Positions 27,642 through 37,596 of a stretch of DNA of 64,000 nt are shown piece by piece; the first letter of the stretch is position 1; every line of letters begins with the position of its first letter. The notes beneath the pieces are model-generated. The model made no database searches. It was given only the letters and a program-made list of their open reading frames with translations, and had not been told where the DNA came from. The stretch is from a virus (lineage: Duplodnaviria; Caudoviricetes). The position numbers and the translations under genes are program-made. The DNA is taken from positions 192,001 through 256,000 of IMG/VR virus record IMGVR_UViG_3300005326_000040; one strand, 5' to 3'.

Positions 27642-27998
27642 TTGGGTTTTATGAATGCGAAACATTTGGAAAAATTGAAAAAGCTTATTGTAGATACTAT
27701 TAAAATTTTATCTGCTCGTGATTATGATTTTAATGTAGATGAGCGTGGTGATGAGGTTGATGCTGCTCAAGGTGGATTTATTGTCGGGATGATGCACGAC
27801 CAAAGAAATAGATCAAATGCAAGACTAGCAGAATTGAATGAGGCTCTTCTTAAAATAAAAGGGGGCATTTACGGTCTTTGCGAAGAGTGCGATGAAGAAA
27901 TTAGCATCAAACGGCTTGAAATATGCCCGGAGGCAAGATGCTGTATTCGATGCGCTGAAGTTCTCGAAAGAGAAAAGAAGGGCTATTTCACAAGATGA
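27642..27998 (+). CDS. DksA/TraR-family C4 Zn-finger protein
   Basis: GDEVDAA (DxxDxA tip); YGLCEECDEEISIKRLEICPEARCCIRC. Confidence 0.88.
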   Translation: MGFMNAKHLEKLKKLIVDTIKILSARDYDFNVDERGDEVDAAQGGFIVGMMHDQRNRSNARLAELNEALLKIKGGIYGLCEECDEEISIKRLEICPEARCCIRCAEVLEREKKGYFTR

Positions 27999-28696
27999 AA
28001 AAGAAGTCGATATTAGGTTATAATTCTTTGGCGCCTTGTGATAAAGACGCTGAAAATGATCAGGCTTATGATGTCTTTTTCCGGCTTTTAAACGAAAGAA
28101 ACGTTTTTCTTACAGGGGAAATTGAGCAAGAGTTGGCGGACGAAGTAATTGCTCAGCTTCTTTACTTGAGAAGTGTGGACCCACAAGCCCCAATTCAACT
28201 GTATATTAATTCTCCTGGCGGACATTTAAATTGTATGTTTGCTATTTATGATATTATTCAGTATCTTGAAGCACCAGTAAGTACAATTGTTTTTGGTGAA
28301 GCGTCATCAGCGGCTGCTGTATTGTTAGCTTGTGGGACTAGAGGGAAAAGAATGGCTTTCCCTAACGCCACTATTATGGTCCACCAACCTTGGGCTGGCG
28401 ATATGGAAGGACAAGCCACTGATATTGCGATACAAGCTCAGCAGTTGCAAAAAGAAAAAGTTCGTATTACTGAGATTTTAGCTAGACATACTGGGCAACC
28501 TTTCGAAAAAGTATTGACTGATTGTGAGCGAGATGTTTATCTTGGGGCCATTGAAGCAAAAGAATATGGCTTAGTAGATAGTATTATGCCTGTGCATCAA
28601 GTAATTCCCGAGCTTGTTGCAATGGAAGAAGATACTCCGGAAATTCAGGTAACACTCAAAGTTCCTCGCAAACGGCGCCCTCGTGCAAGAAAATGA
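27995..28696 (+). CDS. clpP: ATP-dependent Clp protease proteolytic subunit
   Basis: LYINSPGG, GEASSAA (Ser), IMVHQP (His), ERD (Asp), EYGLVD. Confidence 0.93.
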   Translation: MKKKSILGYNSLAPCDKDAENDQAYDVFFRLLNERNVFLTGEIEQELADEVIAQLLYLRSVDPQAPIQLYINSPGGHLNCMFAIYDIIQYLEAPVSTIVFGEASSAAAVLLACGTRGKRMAFPNATIMVHQPWAGDMEGQATDIAIQAQQLQKEKVRITEILARHTGQPFEKVLTDCERDVYLGAIEAKEYGLVDSIMPVHQVIPELVAMEEDTPEIQVTLKVPRKRRPRARK

Positions 28697-28714
28697 CAAT
28701 ATCTTTGCATTTCC

Positions 28715-30271
28715 TTGACGGTTTTGTTTAGGTGCCTAATGAATGAAATTATTCGAACCACGATACGCAAGGAAGCGGCTAATCCAGTCTCTAGAGCGGT
28801 AACATGGCTTTGGTCTTTGAGAGACCCTTACCGTGAGTTTATTACTAATATTTCTAAGTCGTTGAATCTTGCGATTAATAGTATCAACGGAATTCTTGTA
28901 AACATTTCAAAAAGCAATATCAATCATGACCGAACTGCTGTTAAGAATCTTCGTCGTGTTCGTGAGATGATTCGAGCGGTTGGTAAGATTGTTGCCGTTG
29001 ATATTGCTACGACTTTAGCTCAAGATGGTAATGTATCTTTGTTGCCTGCTGGTGCTGTGCCACCAGCGAATGCTCCTAAAGGTGTTGATGGAAAGGCTCC
29101 CGCTGGTGGCGGTAGTAGTTCTGCGTTTTCATCATCAGAACCTATTAGTGAAAAAGATTTAGAATTTTATAGTGATGTGCAAACTCTGGAAATAGCAAAA
29201 GAAAAGTTTGAAAAATCTATTGATGAATTGCTGCGTATGCGAGCGATTTATGCTGGACAAAAACGCGGGTTGAATTCTATTAAGGACATGCTTGGTGCCA
29301 GGAAAGTAAACATAAAAGTCAGAGATGAAAACGGGCAAGAGTTTGAAGGAGCATATAGCATTAAAAATGCTACACGAACTCTATTATCTGAAATTCGTAA
29401 AGAGATAGGCAAAATCAACGATATTGTTGATAGAATTCAATCTTTAGACCTTGAAGGTGCTGCTCCGCGTGATAGGATGATTAAGTTTCGCGAAGTAAGG
29501 CGCGTTATAACTCATAGAGCCGCAGTGCAAAAGGATTTGGAAGAGCAGTACAGAAATATCATGAACGCAGTGAATCCAAGTGGATTAACACAAGTGCATG
29601 AGCTTTTTGGCACAAAAGCTGAAAAGCCAGAAACTACAATTGTAGATAGGAAAAAAACTCCTACTGATAATGTAGAGCCTGAGGCAGAAGAAGGACTAGA
29701 GAGTGAAAACAGTTTCACTCCAAGTCTTACAAAGATTGCAAGCACAATATCATACGAAGAGCTTGTAAAACTTGCATATAATCCAGAGTATAGTGAAGAG
29801 TTAGCCGCTGGTTTGCGCTCTGTAAAACAGAATTTCTTTGGCTTTTTTGGTAACGAGCCTGAAGCAAGAAGGGTTAATCTTCGCTCTGGATACAAGAGTA
29901 TTTTGCAGGGCCTTATCAATCTTGTTGTCATTATTAGAAAAACGTCTGGTAAAAAAGATAACTTTGCGGAAGAAAAAGCTCGTTGGGACCGTGTGATTGT
30001 TGAATACAACAAGTTGGTTGATATTTTTAACGCTGCGGTTGATAACGTGATGGTTCCTAATCTTAGTTCAATTGACATTGATATTGATGAATCAAAGGCT
30101 GACGCTACGCCGGATTCAAAGACGGTTCCTACTGAGAGAGAATCTTTTAATGAGCTAGCCAACGGTCGCACTATGTTGCGTCGAGATAAATTGGATAAGA
30201 TTCCATCTATTGATGTGTTGATTCAAGACTTAGCGCAAGGTAAACGTTGGGAATATAAAGCAACAACTTAA
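28715..30271 (+). CDS. large hypothetical protein, possibly virion-internal
   Basis: 518 aa (ATG 28739 likely); helical; KEA/KIA/KLA motifs. Confidence 0.75.
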   Translation: MTVLFRCLMNEIIRTTIRKEAANPVSRAVTWLWSLRDPYREFITNISKSLNLAINSINGILVNISKSNINHDRTAVKNLRRVREMIRAVGKIVAVDIATTLAQDGNVSLLPAGAVPPANAPKGVDGKAPAGGGSSSAFSSSEPISEKDLEFYSDVQTLEIAKEKFEKSIDELLRMRAIYAGQKRGLNSIKDMLGARKVNIKVRDENGQEFEGAYSIKNATRTLLSEIRKEIGKINDIVDRIQSLDLEGAAPRDRMIKFREVRRVITHRAAVQKDLEEQYRNIMNAVNPSGLTQVHELFGTKAEKPETTIVDRKKTPTDNVEPEAEEGLESENSFTPSLTKIASTISYEELVKLAYNPEYSEELAAGLRSVKQNFFGFFGNEPEARRVNLRSGYKSILQGLINLVVIIRKTSGKKDNFAEEKARWDRVIVEYNKLVDIFNAAVDNVMVPNLSSIDIDIDESKADATPDSKTVPTERESFNELANGRTMLRRDKLDKIPSIDVLIQDLAQGKRWEYKATT

Positions 30272-30278
30272 AGGAATT

Positions 30279-30707
30279 ATGGCTCGTGTTTTTATTAACG
30301 ACAAATTTGTTGGAGATATTAAGATAGCTGCCGACCCACAATCTCAAGCAAAAGGGTTGATGGGTGTTGATTGGCCTCCGCATCCATTATTGTTTCCATA
30401 CAAGACTAGCGGCGTTAGAAAATTTTGGATGAAGAATACAGCTAGTCCTTTGGATATTATTTTTTGTCGAGCAAACGAGGTGATATATATTGGAGAGGGA
30501 GAGCCGTTTAATGCTGAAGATCTCGTTGGCCCTGATGATAATTGTGATCTAGTTTTAGAATTTCCTAAAGGGTTTGTCGCGCAGGCGAATGTAGGAATTG
30601 GATCAAAGGTTAGGGTAAAGTACTCCAAGGATGAACTTCTTGATATCATGAAAAATGGCTCTCCTAAATTCAAGGAGAGTGATGATCAAGACCGTAACGC
30701 TACCTAG
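30279..30707 (+). CDS. DUF192-family protein
   Basis: GLM...FWMKNTASPLDIIF...VLEFPKG. Confidence 0.85.
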   Translation: MARVFINDKFVGDIKIAADPQSQAKGLMGVDWPPHPLLFPYKTSGVRKFWMKNTASPLDIIFCRANEVIYIGEGEPFNAEDLVGPDDNCDLVLEFPKGFVAQANVGIGSKVRVKYSKDELLDIMKNGSPKFKESDDQDRNAT

Positions 30708-30912
30708 TGGAGAGGTAATAAGTTTATCCAGTGGAGATACCGTTTTCGTAACATTGAAACCGAACGAAACTAATACTTTAGTTCGAGGCACTTTTGTTGG
30801 GCTACCATCGACCGGAGAAGGAATTCTTTTTTCGGTTCTGAGCCCTAAATTAGAGGTTCAACAAATTATCATTTCAGAATCTCGAATTGTTAAAGTAGAA
30901 AAGCCAAACTAA
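30682..30912 (+). CDS. hypothetical protein
   Basis: ATG 30682 after AAGGAG. Confidence 0.6.
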   Translation: MIKTVTLPSGEVISLSSGDTVFVTLKPNETNTLVRGTFVGLPSTGEGILFSVLSPKLEVQQIIISESRIVKVEKPN

Positions 30913-30997
30913 TTCTTATTGTAATCACTTTCAGTAGATTTGACTTTCTGTAGTGTGGGTATAGGCTTGAACCCGAAGGCAGTAAAGGAGAATCATT

Positions 30998-32500
30998 TTG
31001 CCAATTACACCAACAGAACAAAGCGGTCCAAAAAATGTTTTGGAGCAGTTGCAGCGGTTTGGACCACCAGCGTCTGCTGAGGAATGCCTTGATAGTATTT
31101 TTGAACAAGTGTTGCCGTATTTCAACTCAGCCATTGATTGGAAAGCCCGGAAGATTATCAATTTATCTGATTCGACGTGTCAAAAGAACGACAGTTCAAT
31201 CTTTCATCGGGCGCTGGTTGCAAAAGCTAGGTTAGCATTAAAAGAAGGTTTGCGTATCTATTTGTTTAGAACGCAGGGTTGGAAGAACAAGGTTCCTATT
31301 GATACGTATCTGTTTAAAGTTCTTTGCAATTTTGAGTTTATGGAAATTAGAGACAACTCTATTTATCCAAAAATAAATCGGTTTGTATGTTTATCATGCA
31401 AAGAATTTCAACTTCGAGAAGAACTGCTTGAATTTTCTGAGGGTTTAAATTGCCCGACATGTGTAAATTTTATTGCTGATTGCGATTCAAACCCCTCACT
31501 AAAAGTAGCGTTTCAGAGCAGATATAGGCTATCAAAACTGCTTCTAGGTCACTCTAGAGGCGGGGTAAGATGTCCTAGATGTCAGCGTTTTGTCCCGGTG
31601 TCACTGCGGGATAATGAAGGAAAACTGACTTGCCCATATGAAAAGTGCGGAGAAGATTGTTCTTCAATTGCGGAAAAAGTAAGTCATCCCGTTGGTTTAT
31701 TCAATGTTGATTTGGTGAGCTTGGAAAATAAAGAAGGAGTATCTAAGTCCGCAACTGCTCCTAATATGATTAAGGCTCAAGACCGTCTTCGTTGCCGCAG
31801 TAAAAGCGTTGAGATGTCGTTAGAATGTTTGGATGCGGCAAAAAAGTCTGCCGATCAAATCAAGCAAATTATAGAGAAGCAAAAAGCTGTGAATGGTTCT
31901 ACAAGAGCGGCGCCTAATAAGAAAGTTATGTATGATTCCATTCATAATGTTCTTGATAAGTATCCTCTTGAAGCTGTGAATTTCCTTACTAGGAAAACAA
32001 AAATTAATGAAATTCCGATGCAAGCAGTTATATTCCAGGAATTTTCTAAGAACATGCTGAATTTGCTGCCTTTGCAGTTGGAGCATAAGAATCAAAAGAT
32101 AAAGATTGAAGAGCCTACAGATGAACACTTACATCTGTTCTCTGGTATCGCTGCATTCAATTCTACAGTAGAACCTTCCTTGATTGTTAAAAAGCCTACG
32201 GTTCTATTGAAGAATAGGGATAGCGCTAAACTGGCAACCAATGTTCATGAAAAAGTAGCCTTTTCTTTCATGGGGCACATTATCTTTGTAATGAACGAAG
32301 CTTTGGAAGATATTACAGAGAACGTAGATTCATATTCTTTTTCGAATCTACGGCTGAAACAAAACTCTCAGTCGCTTGTAGGTCAAAAAATCTTCGTGAT
32401 GTATTATACGATACCTGCACATTATTCAATGCAATCGATGGCTCATTTGCGTCGAATTGCGAAGAGAATATATCAGAGTTGTCTAGCAAGAAAGTTGTAG
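30998..32500 (+). CDS. large multi-Zn-finger hypothetical protein
   Basis: CLSC, CPTC, CPRC and CPYEKC clusters in a 500-aa ORF. Confidence 0.75.
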   Translation: MPITPTEQSGPKNVLEQLQRFGPPASAEECLDSIFEQVLPYFNSAIDWKARKIINLSDSTCQKNDSSIFHRALVAKARLALKEGLRIYLFRTQGWKNKVPIDTYLFKVLCNFEFMEIRDNSIYPKINRFVCLSCKEFQLREELLEFSEGLNCPTCVNFIADCDSNPSLKVAFQSRYRLSKLLLGHSRGGVRCPRCQRFVPVSLRDNEGKLTCPYEKCGEDCSSIAEKVSHPVGLFNVDLVSLENKEGVSKSATAPNMIKAQDRLRCRSKSVEMSLECLDAAKKSADQIKQIIEKQKAVNGSTRAAPNKKVMYDSIHNVLDKYPLEAVNFLTRKTKINEIPMQAVIFQEFSKNMLNLLPLQLEHKNQKIKIEEPTDEHLHLFSGIAAFNSTVEPSLIVKKPTVLLKNRDSAKLATNVHEKVAFSFMGHIIFVMNEALEDITENVDSYSFSNLRLKQNSQSLVGQKIFVMYYTIPAHYSMQSMAHLRRIAKRIYQSCLARKL

Positions 32501-32506
32501 GATAAA

Positions 32507-33142
32507 ATGTTTGTGATATTCAAATTTATAGCCTTTGTGTTGCTTGGTTTGTTTCTTTACGGAATAATCGGTAACGTTTTATCTCGTTGTTATCGCATGG
32601 CTGTGCTCCAGCTAGTTAATGAAAAGCGCAATCTTTTTACTTATTTGTTTTATCCAGTCAAATCTTTTAGAAGTATGACGAGTCAGGAGCAAATTAGAGC
32701 GGCTGTTATGGCTTCTACGGTTCGGGATCATTCAGGTGAACTTCCAAATCGTCCTGTAGATTTTCTTTCAGAATTTCAATTTGTAAGTGTTGATGAGGTT
32801 GTTTCCAATAGCACACAAAAAGATTCTAGTTTAAGAATTGGAATAGACACAGCCAGCGTAGAGCAAATGTGGCATGAACATAAAATGGTAATGTCTTTTT
32901 TGTGGCCGCTTAGAGTAGTGCTTATCACTCTTCCTCAACATATTGCTTTTGTGACTTCTTCCCCATTCGTTATCGTTTATAAGCTTTTCAAAGGTACAGA
33001 CACTATTGTTTCTTTCATCTTTAAGCTGCCGCATACGCTTTTGTATATCCCAGCATTTTTTAAGCACATATTTGCTAAACGAATTAAAGATAAGGAAGAT
33101 GAAACAAATCACCCATACAGGCGGCACATCTTTAGAAAATAA
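32507..33142 (+). CDS. membrane protein, paralog of 39739-40338
   Basis: N-terminal TM ...GNVL; FLWP; C-terminal HPYR. Confidence 0.75.
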   Translation: MFVIFKFIAFVLLGLFLYGIIGNVLSRCYRMAVLQLVNEKRNLFTYLFYPVKSFRSMTSQEQIRAAVMASTVRDHSGELPNRPVDFLSEFQFVSVDEVVSNSTQKDSSLRIGIDTASVEQMWHEHKMVMSFLWPLRVVLITLPQHIAFVTSSPFVIVYKLFKGTDTIVSFIFKLPHTLLYIPAFFKHIFAKRIKDKEDETNHPYRRHIFRK

Positions 33143-33163
33143 TCAATATTAACCCATCAAAGT

Positions 33164-33706
33164 ATGGGCGAAGTTATTAATCTAGATGAGAAACGCCAGC
33201 AAAAAATCAAATCACCAGAAGTAGAGATTACTGGCAAACCAGCTGTAGATGCTGCAATTCGATTGGTAAAGAAACATCAACCGAACATTTTTGTAGGCGT
33301 TGAAAAGGTTGTTGTTGAAACAGCCCCAGATGGAAATAAACTGGGCTACGTTACGAACAAAGATGACCAGTCCAAAATGGTTCATATTGTTCTTCCAACT
33401 AACGTTGAAGAAGCTAAGAAGAAGCTGGGGAAGACCAACGTCTCTCAGCCTATCTTAGATGAGGCAGCAAGCATCGTAATTGCCAATACAATCGCTCATG
33501 AGGTTGGTCACGTACTCGATGACCTAAAAAGCGGAGAAGCTCCGGCAGAGGCTAAGGAAAGAGAATTCGCGCCCCATTTCGAGCAAGAGTGGAAGGCGTT
33601 TTTAGATAAAAAGAATGTTCAAGATGATTTGCAAAAAGCAGCCAGTTTAGATTATATCTTAGGAATCTATAACAGCTGTAAGTTATTTCGTGATTTCGTC
33701 GGGTAA
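33164..33706 (+). CDS. putative zincin metallopeptidase
   Basis: IAHEVGH (HExxH) followed by E-x-x-A. Confidence 0.6.
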   Translation: MGEVINLDEKRQQKIKSPEVEITGKPAVDAAIRLVKKHQPNIFVGVEKVVVETAPDGNKLGYVTNKDDQSKMVHIVLPTNVEEAKKKLGKTNVSQPILDEAASIVIANTIAHEVGHVLDDLKSGEAPAEAKEREFAPHFEQEWKAFLDKKNVQDDLQKAASLDYILGIYNSCKLFRDFVG

Positions 33707-33883
33707 ATATCCTTCTGATATGATTTTGAAGAATCCTTGTTTGTTTGCTTCGACACTCAGCATGTTTTTAGTTTTATAGATACATCTGACTTTGGCTCCG
33801 GTTGGCGGGGCAGAAGCAAATTTTTCCATCGTTTCCTTATTTTCAAATTTTACGAAATATACTTTAGATTTTTCTTCGGTCAT
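33683..33883 (-). CDS. small hypothetical protein
   Basis: 66 aa, overlaps the upstream minus-strand stop. Confidence 0.55.
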   Translation of the reverse strand: MTEEKSKVYFVKFENKETMEKFASAPPTGAKVRCIYKTKNMLSVEANKQGFFKIISEGYLPDEITK

Positions 33884-34326
33884 TGGTTTGCTCCGTCCGT
33901 GATATTCACTAATTGCTCTAGAACATCTTGTAGGTCTTGCTGTTGTTTTTCTGAGAATTCAATTTCTTTTGGTTCCTCTTCGGGACCGTCATCGGATGAA
34001 TCGGCTTCATCCTTTTGAGTTAATAGCGAGTAAATGGCATTTTCTATGTATTTGCGCTTTAGCTCAGAGACAGAAGGAAGCTTGATATCTACTTGAGCTT
34101 CTTTGATAATTGTGGTGATTTCAGTTTCATAGTCATACTGGTCACCTTCTTTTACTCTTCTTTTCATAAGCTCATACATTGCGAATTTAGCTTCGGCTTT
34201 TAAGGCTCCCAAGATTCTTGATGTTGCTACAATACCGGCGAGAGTTTCAGAACTTCGCTGGGAAATTTCTTCCATTTGCTGATCGGTCAAATCAAATTTT
34301 AACATTTTTCCTTGTTTGCTTTTCAT
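33880..34326 (-). CDS. hypothetical protein
   Basis: 148 aa. Confidence 0.65.
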   Translation of the reverse strand: MKSKQGKMLKFDLTDQQMEEISQRSSETLAGIVATSRILGALKAEAKFAMYELMKRRVKEGDQYDYETEITTIIKEAQVDIKLPSVSELKRKYIENAIYSLLTQKDEADSSDDGPEEEPKEIEFSEKQQQDLQDVLEQLVNITDGANQ

Positions 34327-34471
34327 TTCTGGCTTGGATAATTAGATGATAATTGATTGCCAGTGGAGCTTTTTTGCATTTTTCTCCATTGATGTTAGGA
34401 CAATCATCAGGGCAAAATTTTGGGGCTTCATGGAGAAGAACACACCCAGCACAATAGAGATTGGAAATCAT
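34292..34471 (-). CDS. small Cys-rich protein (59 aa)
   Basis: MISNLYCAGC...; ATG 7 nt after GATATATA on the minus strand. Confidence 0.5.
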   Translation of the reverse strand: MISNLYCAGCVLLHEAPKFCPDDCPNINGEKCKKAPLAINYHLIIQARNEKQTRKNVKI

Positions 34472-34509
34472 ATTGGATTATATATCTGGATCGAAAAGGA
34501 GCCTGTTAG

Positions 34510-34971
34510 ATGAGAACTTTTAAAGGAAATTTAATTCATATTGCAACTGGAAATAAGGTCTGGGGCGTTGCTCTAGAGAAAAATAGAGTGCCTAAAATTA
34601 TTCCCGATTCTGAAGTTGATCAAGAGATACGTTGGGCGGCTGTAAATTTTAATGACGAGCCAGATCCGACGTTTACAATTTGTCCTGTGACGTTGACGTG
34701 GGATGAACCCAAAGATGATTCTCAGGTTTGTTTTTGTCCATGCCATACTCCTGGCGAGGAAATGATGCATTGCCAACCTTGTTGTGGTGGGCAATGTATG
34801 AAGTGTGGTCGTCATATTAAAGATGAGTTTTGGGATGAGCATAACAAGACGTGTGAAGATTATTCAAATGCCAAAGTGATTTATGAAGATTGGGTTAAGC
34901 GGGGCGAAAAGATTAAGGAGCTTGAAGGAAAGGTGAATTTTCAAGCCGCCGTATTGAAGGCGAAGAAATAA
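34510..34971 (+). CDS. hypothetical protein with a Cys/His cluster
   Basis: CFCPCH...HCQPCCGGQCMKCG. Confidence 0.65.
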   Translation: MRTFKGNLIHIATGNKVWGVALEKNRVPKIIPDSEVDQEIRWAAVNFNDEPDPTFTICPVTLTWDEPKDDSQVCFCPCHTPGEEMMHCQPCCGGQCMKCGRHIKDEFWDEHNKTCEDYSNAKVIYEDWVKRGEKIKELEGKVNFQAAVLKAKK

Positions 34972-34994
34972 AGAAAATTAATCGCGAGGATATT

Positions 34995-35273
34995 ATGAGT
35001 GATGATAATGTGACTTGGGCTTGTTTGGTAATTGGTGCGGTTTTGTTTTGGGTTTGCTGGGCGATATGGGTGTATTCTACACAGCCAAGATTGGTTAAAA
35101 TTCATGAATCTAAACGAAAACGTAGCGTTCATCCTATTGAAGATTTCGCGTGTTCGTGTGGGTCAAAAGATTTTCTAGCAGGGCCTTGTGGTGGCATGTG
35201 CCAAAATATCAAATGTAAAGATTGCCGAAAGACGTATAACGTAACACCATTTGATGTTGTTCCTTTGGACTAG
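34995..35273 (+). CDS. membrane-anchored Zn-ribbon protein
   Basis: N-terminal TM; CSCG...GPCGGMCQNIKCKDC. Confidence 0.65.
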   Translation: MSDDNVTWACLVIGAVLFWVCWAIWVYSTQPRLVKIHESKRKRSVHPIEDFACSCGSKDFLAGPCGGMCQNIKCKDCRKTYNVTPFDVVPLD

Positions 35274-35284
35274 GTTGTAAAGAA

Positions 35285-35725
35285 ATGAAGAAAATTAGTT
35301 GCGGTATATTGGCTTGGCGTAAAAAAGGAAATGATATTCAATTCTTTTTGGTGCATCCAGGTGGTTCATCTTGGGCGAATAAAGACCTAGGATGTTGGGG
35401 AATGCCAAGAGGAGAAAGGATTGAGGGGGAATCTGCTGTTGAAACTGCTCTTCGAGAATTTAAGGAAGAAACAGGAGCAGATGTTTGTGGAGAGCTATCG
35501 TATTTAGGTCGAGTTAAACAGAACAAATATAAGGATGTAAACTGTTTTTCAGTCGAATTAGATTTGGGGGATGATTTTATCCTTCGCTCAAATGAGATTA
35601 CTGTTAATGGTGAAACTTTTCCTGAGGTTGACAAGGGAATATATTTTTGCTATGCTGTGGCAAAGAAAAAGATTTCTCCTGCACAACTTGTTTTCTTAGA
35701 TGAAATTATGCGAAGGCATTCTTGA
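35285..35725 (+). CDS. NUDIX hydrolase
   Basis: Complete Nudix box G-ERIEG-E-SAVETAL-REFKEETG. Confidence 0.92.
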   Translation: MKKISCGILAWRKKGNDIQFFLVHPGGSSWANKDLGCWGMPRGERIEGESAVETALREFKEETGADVCGELSYLGRVKQNKYKDVNCFSVELDLGDDFILRSNEITVNGETFPEVDKGIYFCYAVAKKKISPAQLVFLDEIMRRHS

Positions 35726-35753
35726 GGCATAATACAATCGAAAGCAAAAGGCG

Positions 35754-36032
35754 ATGAGTGAGGGGTCTAGGTGTAGAAGGCAGGAAAAGCGAGCCGCCAA
35801 ATTTAACAGAGGTCTTGTAGCGGCTAAAGATTTAGAAGCCGTAATGGGAATGACTTGTGAAGATGCTGAGAAATATGCGTCAGAAAATAATCTGACGATT
35901 AACATAAGGTCTTGCGATGGTTGTCGGCAACCTCTTCATTTGAATCGAATCGGCCCAAATATCTTAAGTATTGATATTGAAAATGGTTTTGTGGTTCAAG
36001 TAACTTCTAATAGAAGAATGGTTATTGAATAA
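35754..36032 (+). CDS. hypothetical protein, possible I78/potato-I inhibitor-like domain
   Basis: VMGMTCEDAEKYA...IRSCDG...ENGFVVQV. Confidence 0.5.
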   Translation: MSEGSRCRRQEKRAAKFNRGLVAAKDLEAVMGMTCEDAEKYASENNLTINIRSCDGCRQPLHLNRIGPNILSIDIENGFVVQVTSNRRMVIE

Positions 36033-36337
36033 TGTTACAAGCAAAACTTACACAAGAGCAATTAGAAAAATTACTTGTTTGGCCTGAACGATTTATTCCG
36101 CACGGAATTTATTGTTACAGAACCATTTGTGAGGATTCAACTAACAATCTTATTCACATTGAATTGTGCCCCTTCTGGGATAAGGACGACGCCAAACCCG
36201 AAGGATGCAATGGGTATTGTCATTACTTAAAGCAAGGCGACTGGGAGACACCAGGAGGTTTGCTTTGGGACCAGTGTAAAGAATGTGGTCTCAATGACGT
36301 GGTATTTGTAGGAGAAGAAGATGGAAAAGAAGATTAA
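36032..36337 (+). CDS. Cys-rich hypothetical protein
   Basis: IPHGIYCY...CPFW...LLWDQCKECG. Confidence 0.65.
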   Translation: MLQAKLTQEQLEKLLVWPERFIPHGIYCYRTICEDSTNNLIHIELCPFWDKDDAKPEGCNGYCHYLKQGDWETPGGLLWDQCKECGLNDVVFVGEEDGKED

Positions 36338-36782
36338 GCCAATTGTGTTTCCAAGATATGATGAAGACATCATTACACAAAAGCGCACTTTAGTTCACTT
36401 TGAATCTATTAACGGGTTTATTGCTGCTGATTATATTCACCCCGGAGATGAACTCCAGGAAGTTAGTCAGCAAGCAGTTGGTGACACTGTAGTTCTTTGT
36501 CGGAAGGTCTTAGACAAATCTGGGCTGGGGGCAAAAATTGTTTCTGTAACTCAAGTTAAACTCAGTGAGTTATCAGAAGAAGACTGTGGTAAATTGAATT
36601 GTTCTAAGGAAGAATATTTGGAGCGTTGGAATAAACTTCATCCATGTGCTTTCGTAGGGAATTCCGATGAAAAACTTATTTGGAGAGTAGAATTTGAATA
36701 TACTGGTTCTACGATAATTCTGTTTGAAGTTGCGCGCAAAGAAGCTGCGCATAAAGAAAATCCTTCTAACGTTCTCAACTAG
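36321..36782 (+). CDS. ASCH/PUA-like domain protein
   Basis: KRTL...PGDELQ...IVSVTQVKLSELSEEDC...WRVEFEY. Confidence 0.55.
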   Translation: MEKKIKPIVFPRYDEDIITQKRTLVHFESINGFIAADYIHPGDELQEVSQQAVGDTVVLCRKVLDKSGLGAKIVSVTQVKLSELSEEDCGKLNCSKEEYLERWNKLHPCAFVGNSDEKLIWRVEFEYTGSTIILFEVARKEAAHKENPSNVLN

Positions 36783-36791
36783 GAAAATATA

Positions 36792-37016
36792 ATGGATAAA
36801 GAATGCACTCATGGCGTAACTTTTGATTCTGAAGAAGCTAAGAAGCTGCTTGAGGGTTGGAACCCAAAGACTAGCGAAGAATGGCTTATGGGAAATCCTA
36901 TGACGGCAGAGGTTCGAAAACGTTGGCCTCGACTCAATGGTGAATGTCCTAAAGGTTGCGGTTACAAAGGAATCTTTTACGTCAGCATGGAACATTATGT
37001 GGCAGGGGATTGGTAA
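36792..37016 (+). CDS. small hypothetical protein
   Basis: 74 aa, AGGA RBS. Confidence 0.6.
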   Translation: MDKECTHGVTFDSEEAKKLLEGWNPKTSEEWLMGNPMTAEVRKRWPRLNGECPKGCGYKGIFYVSMEHYVAGDW

Positions 37017-37047
37017 TGGCGAAAGCTAAGTAGAAAGATATAACCAA

Positions 37048-37587
37048 ATGAAGTACAGAAAAAAGCCGGTAGTAATTGATGCTGTTCAACTTAATTGGAA
37101 GAATTGGAATGCCGTTTGTGAATTGCTTGGAGATCTTGTCAGCGATAAGAACCCAGGAAAATATGGTTTAGCCAGCGATACATGCGGGGAGCAAGAACCA
37201 TATATCAACTTGGAAATCTCCACAATGGAAGGAATTATGTTGGCCCTCCACGGAGATTATATCATCAAGGGTGTGAGTAATGAGTTTTATCCGTGTAAGC
37301 CGGATATTTTCAAGATGACTTATGAGGCTGTTTCGGAGACTTCGGCTGATTGGGTTGCTGAGCCAGTAACAAAACCTATTGCTCTAAGGCAGGCAACAGA
37401 CGATGACATTACACAGATTATGGGAAAGACATTACAGCTTGTAGATGAATATTGTAATGCAAACGGTTTGGTTCTAAGAGTTGGAACTGTTAATGGAAAA
37501 ATAAAATTAATGACAGATGATATTAGGTTTAATAGGATTACGGTTGACCTCGTTGGCGGGGTGGTTCAAAACGCAAAACTTGGATAA
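37048..37587 (+). CDS. phage MKYRKKPVVI/GDYII-family domain fused to an I78-like inhibitor domain
   Basis: KYRKKPVVIDAVQ...GDYIIKG...YPCKPDIF; C-terminal MTDDIRFNRITVDLVGGVVQNAKLG. Confidence 0.7.
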   Translation: MKYRKKPVVIDAVQLNWKNWNAVCELLGDLVSDKNPGKYGLASDTCGEQEPYINLEISTMEGIMLALHGDYIIKGVSNEFYPCKPDIFKMTYEAVSETSADWVAEPVTKPIALRQATDDDITQIMGKTLQLVDEYCNANGLVLRVGTVNGKIKLMTDDIRFNRITVDLVGGVVQNAKLG

Positions 37588-37596
37588 GTAACTATT

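Noticed and set aside
19149-30171. Long antisense ORFs 19149-19721, 22594-23166, 25561-26082 and 29512-30171
   Set aside because: They are shadows of well-supported + strand genes, with no RBS or recognisable domain.
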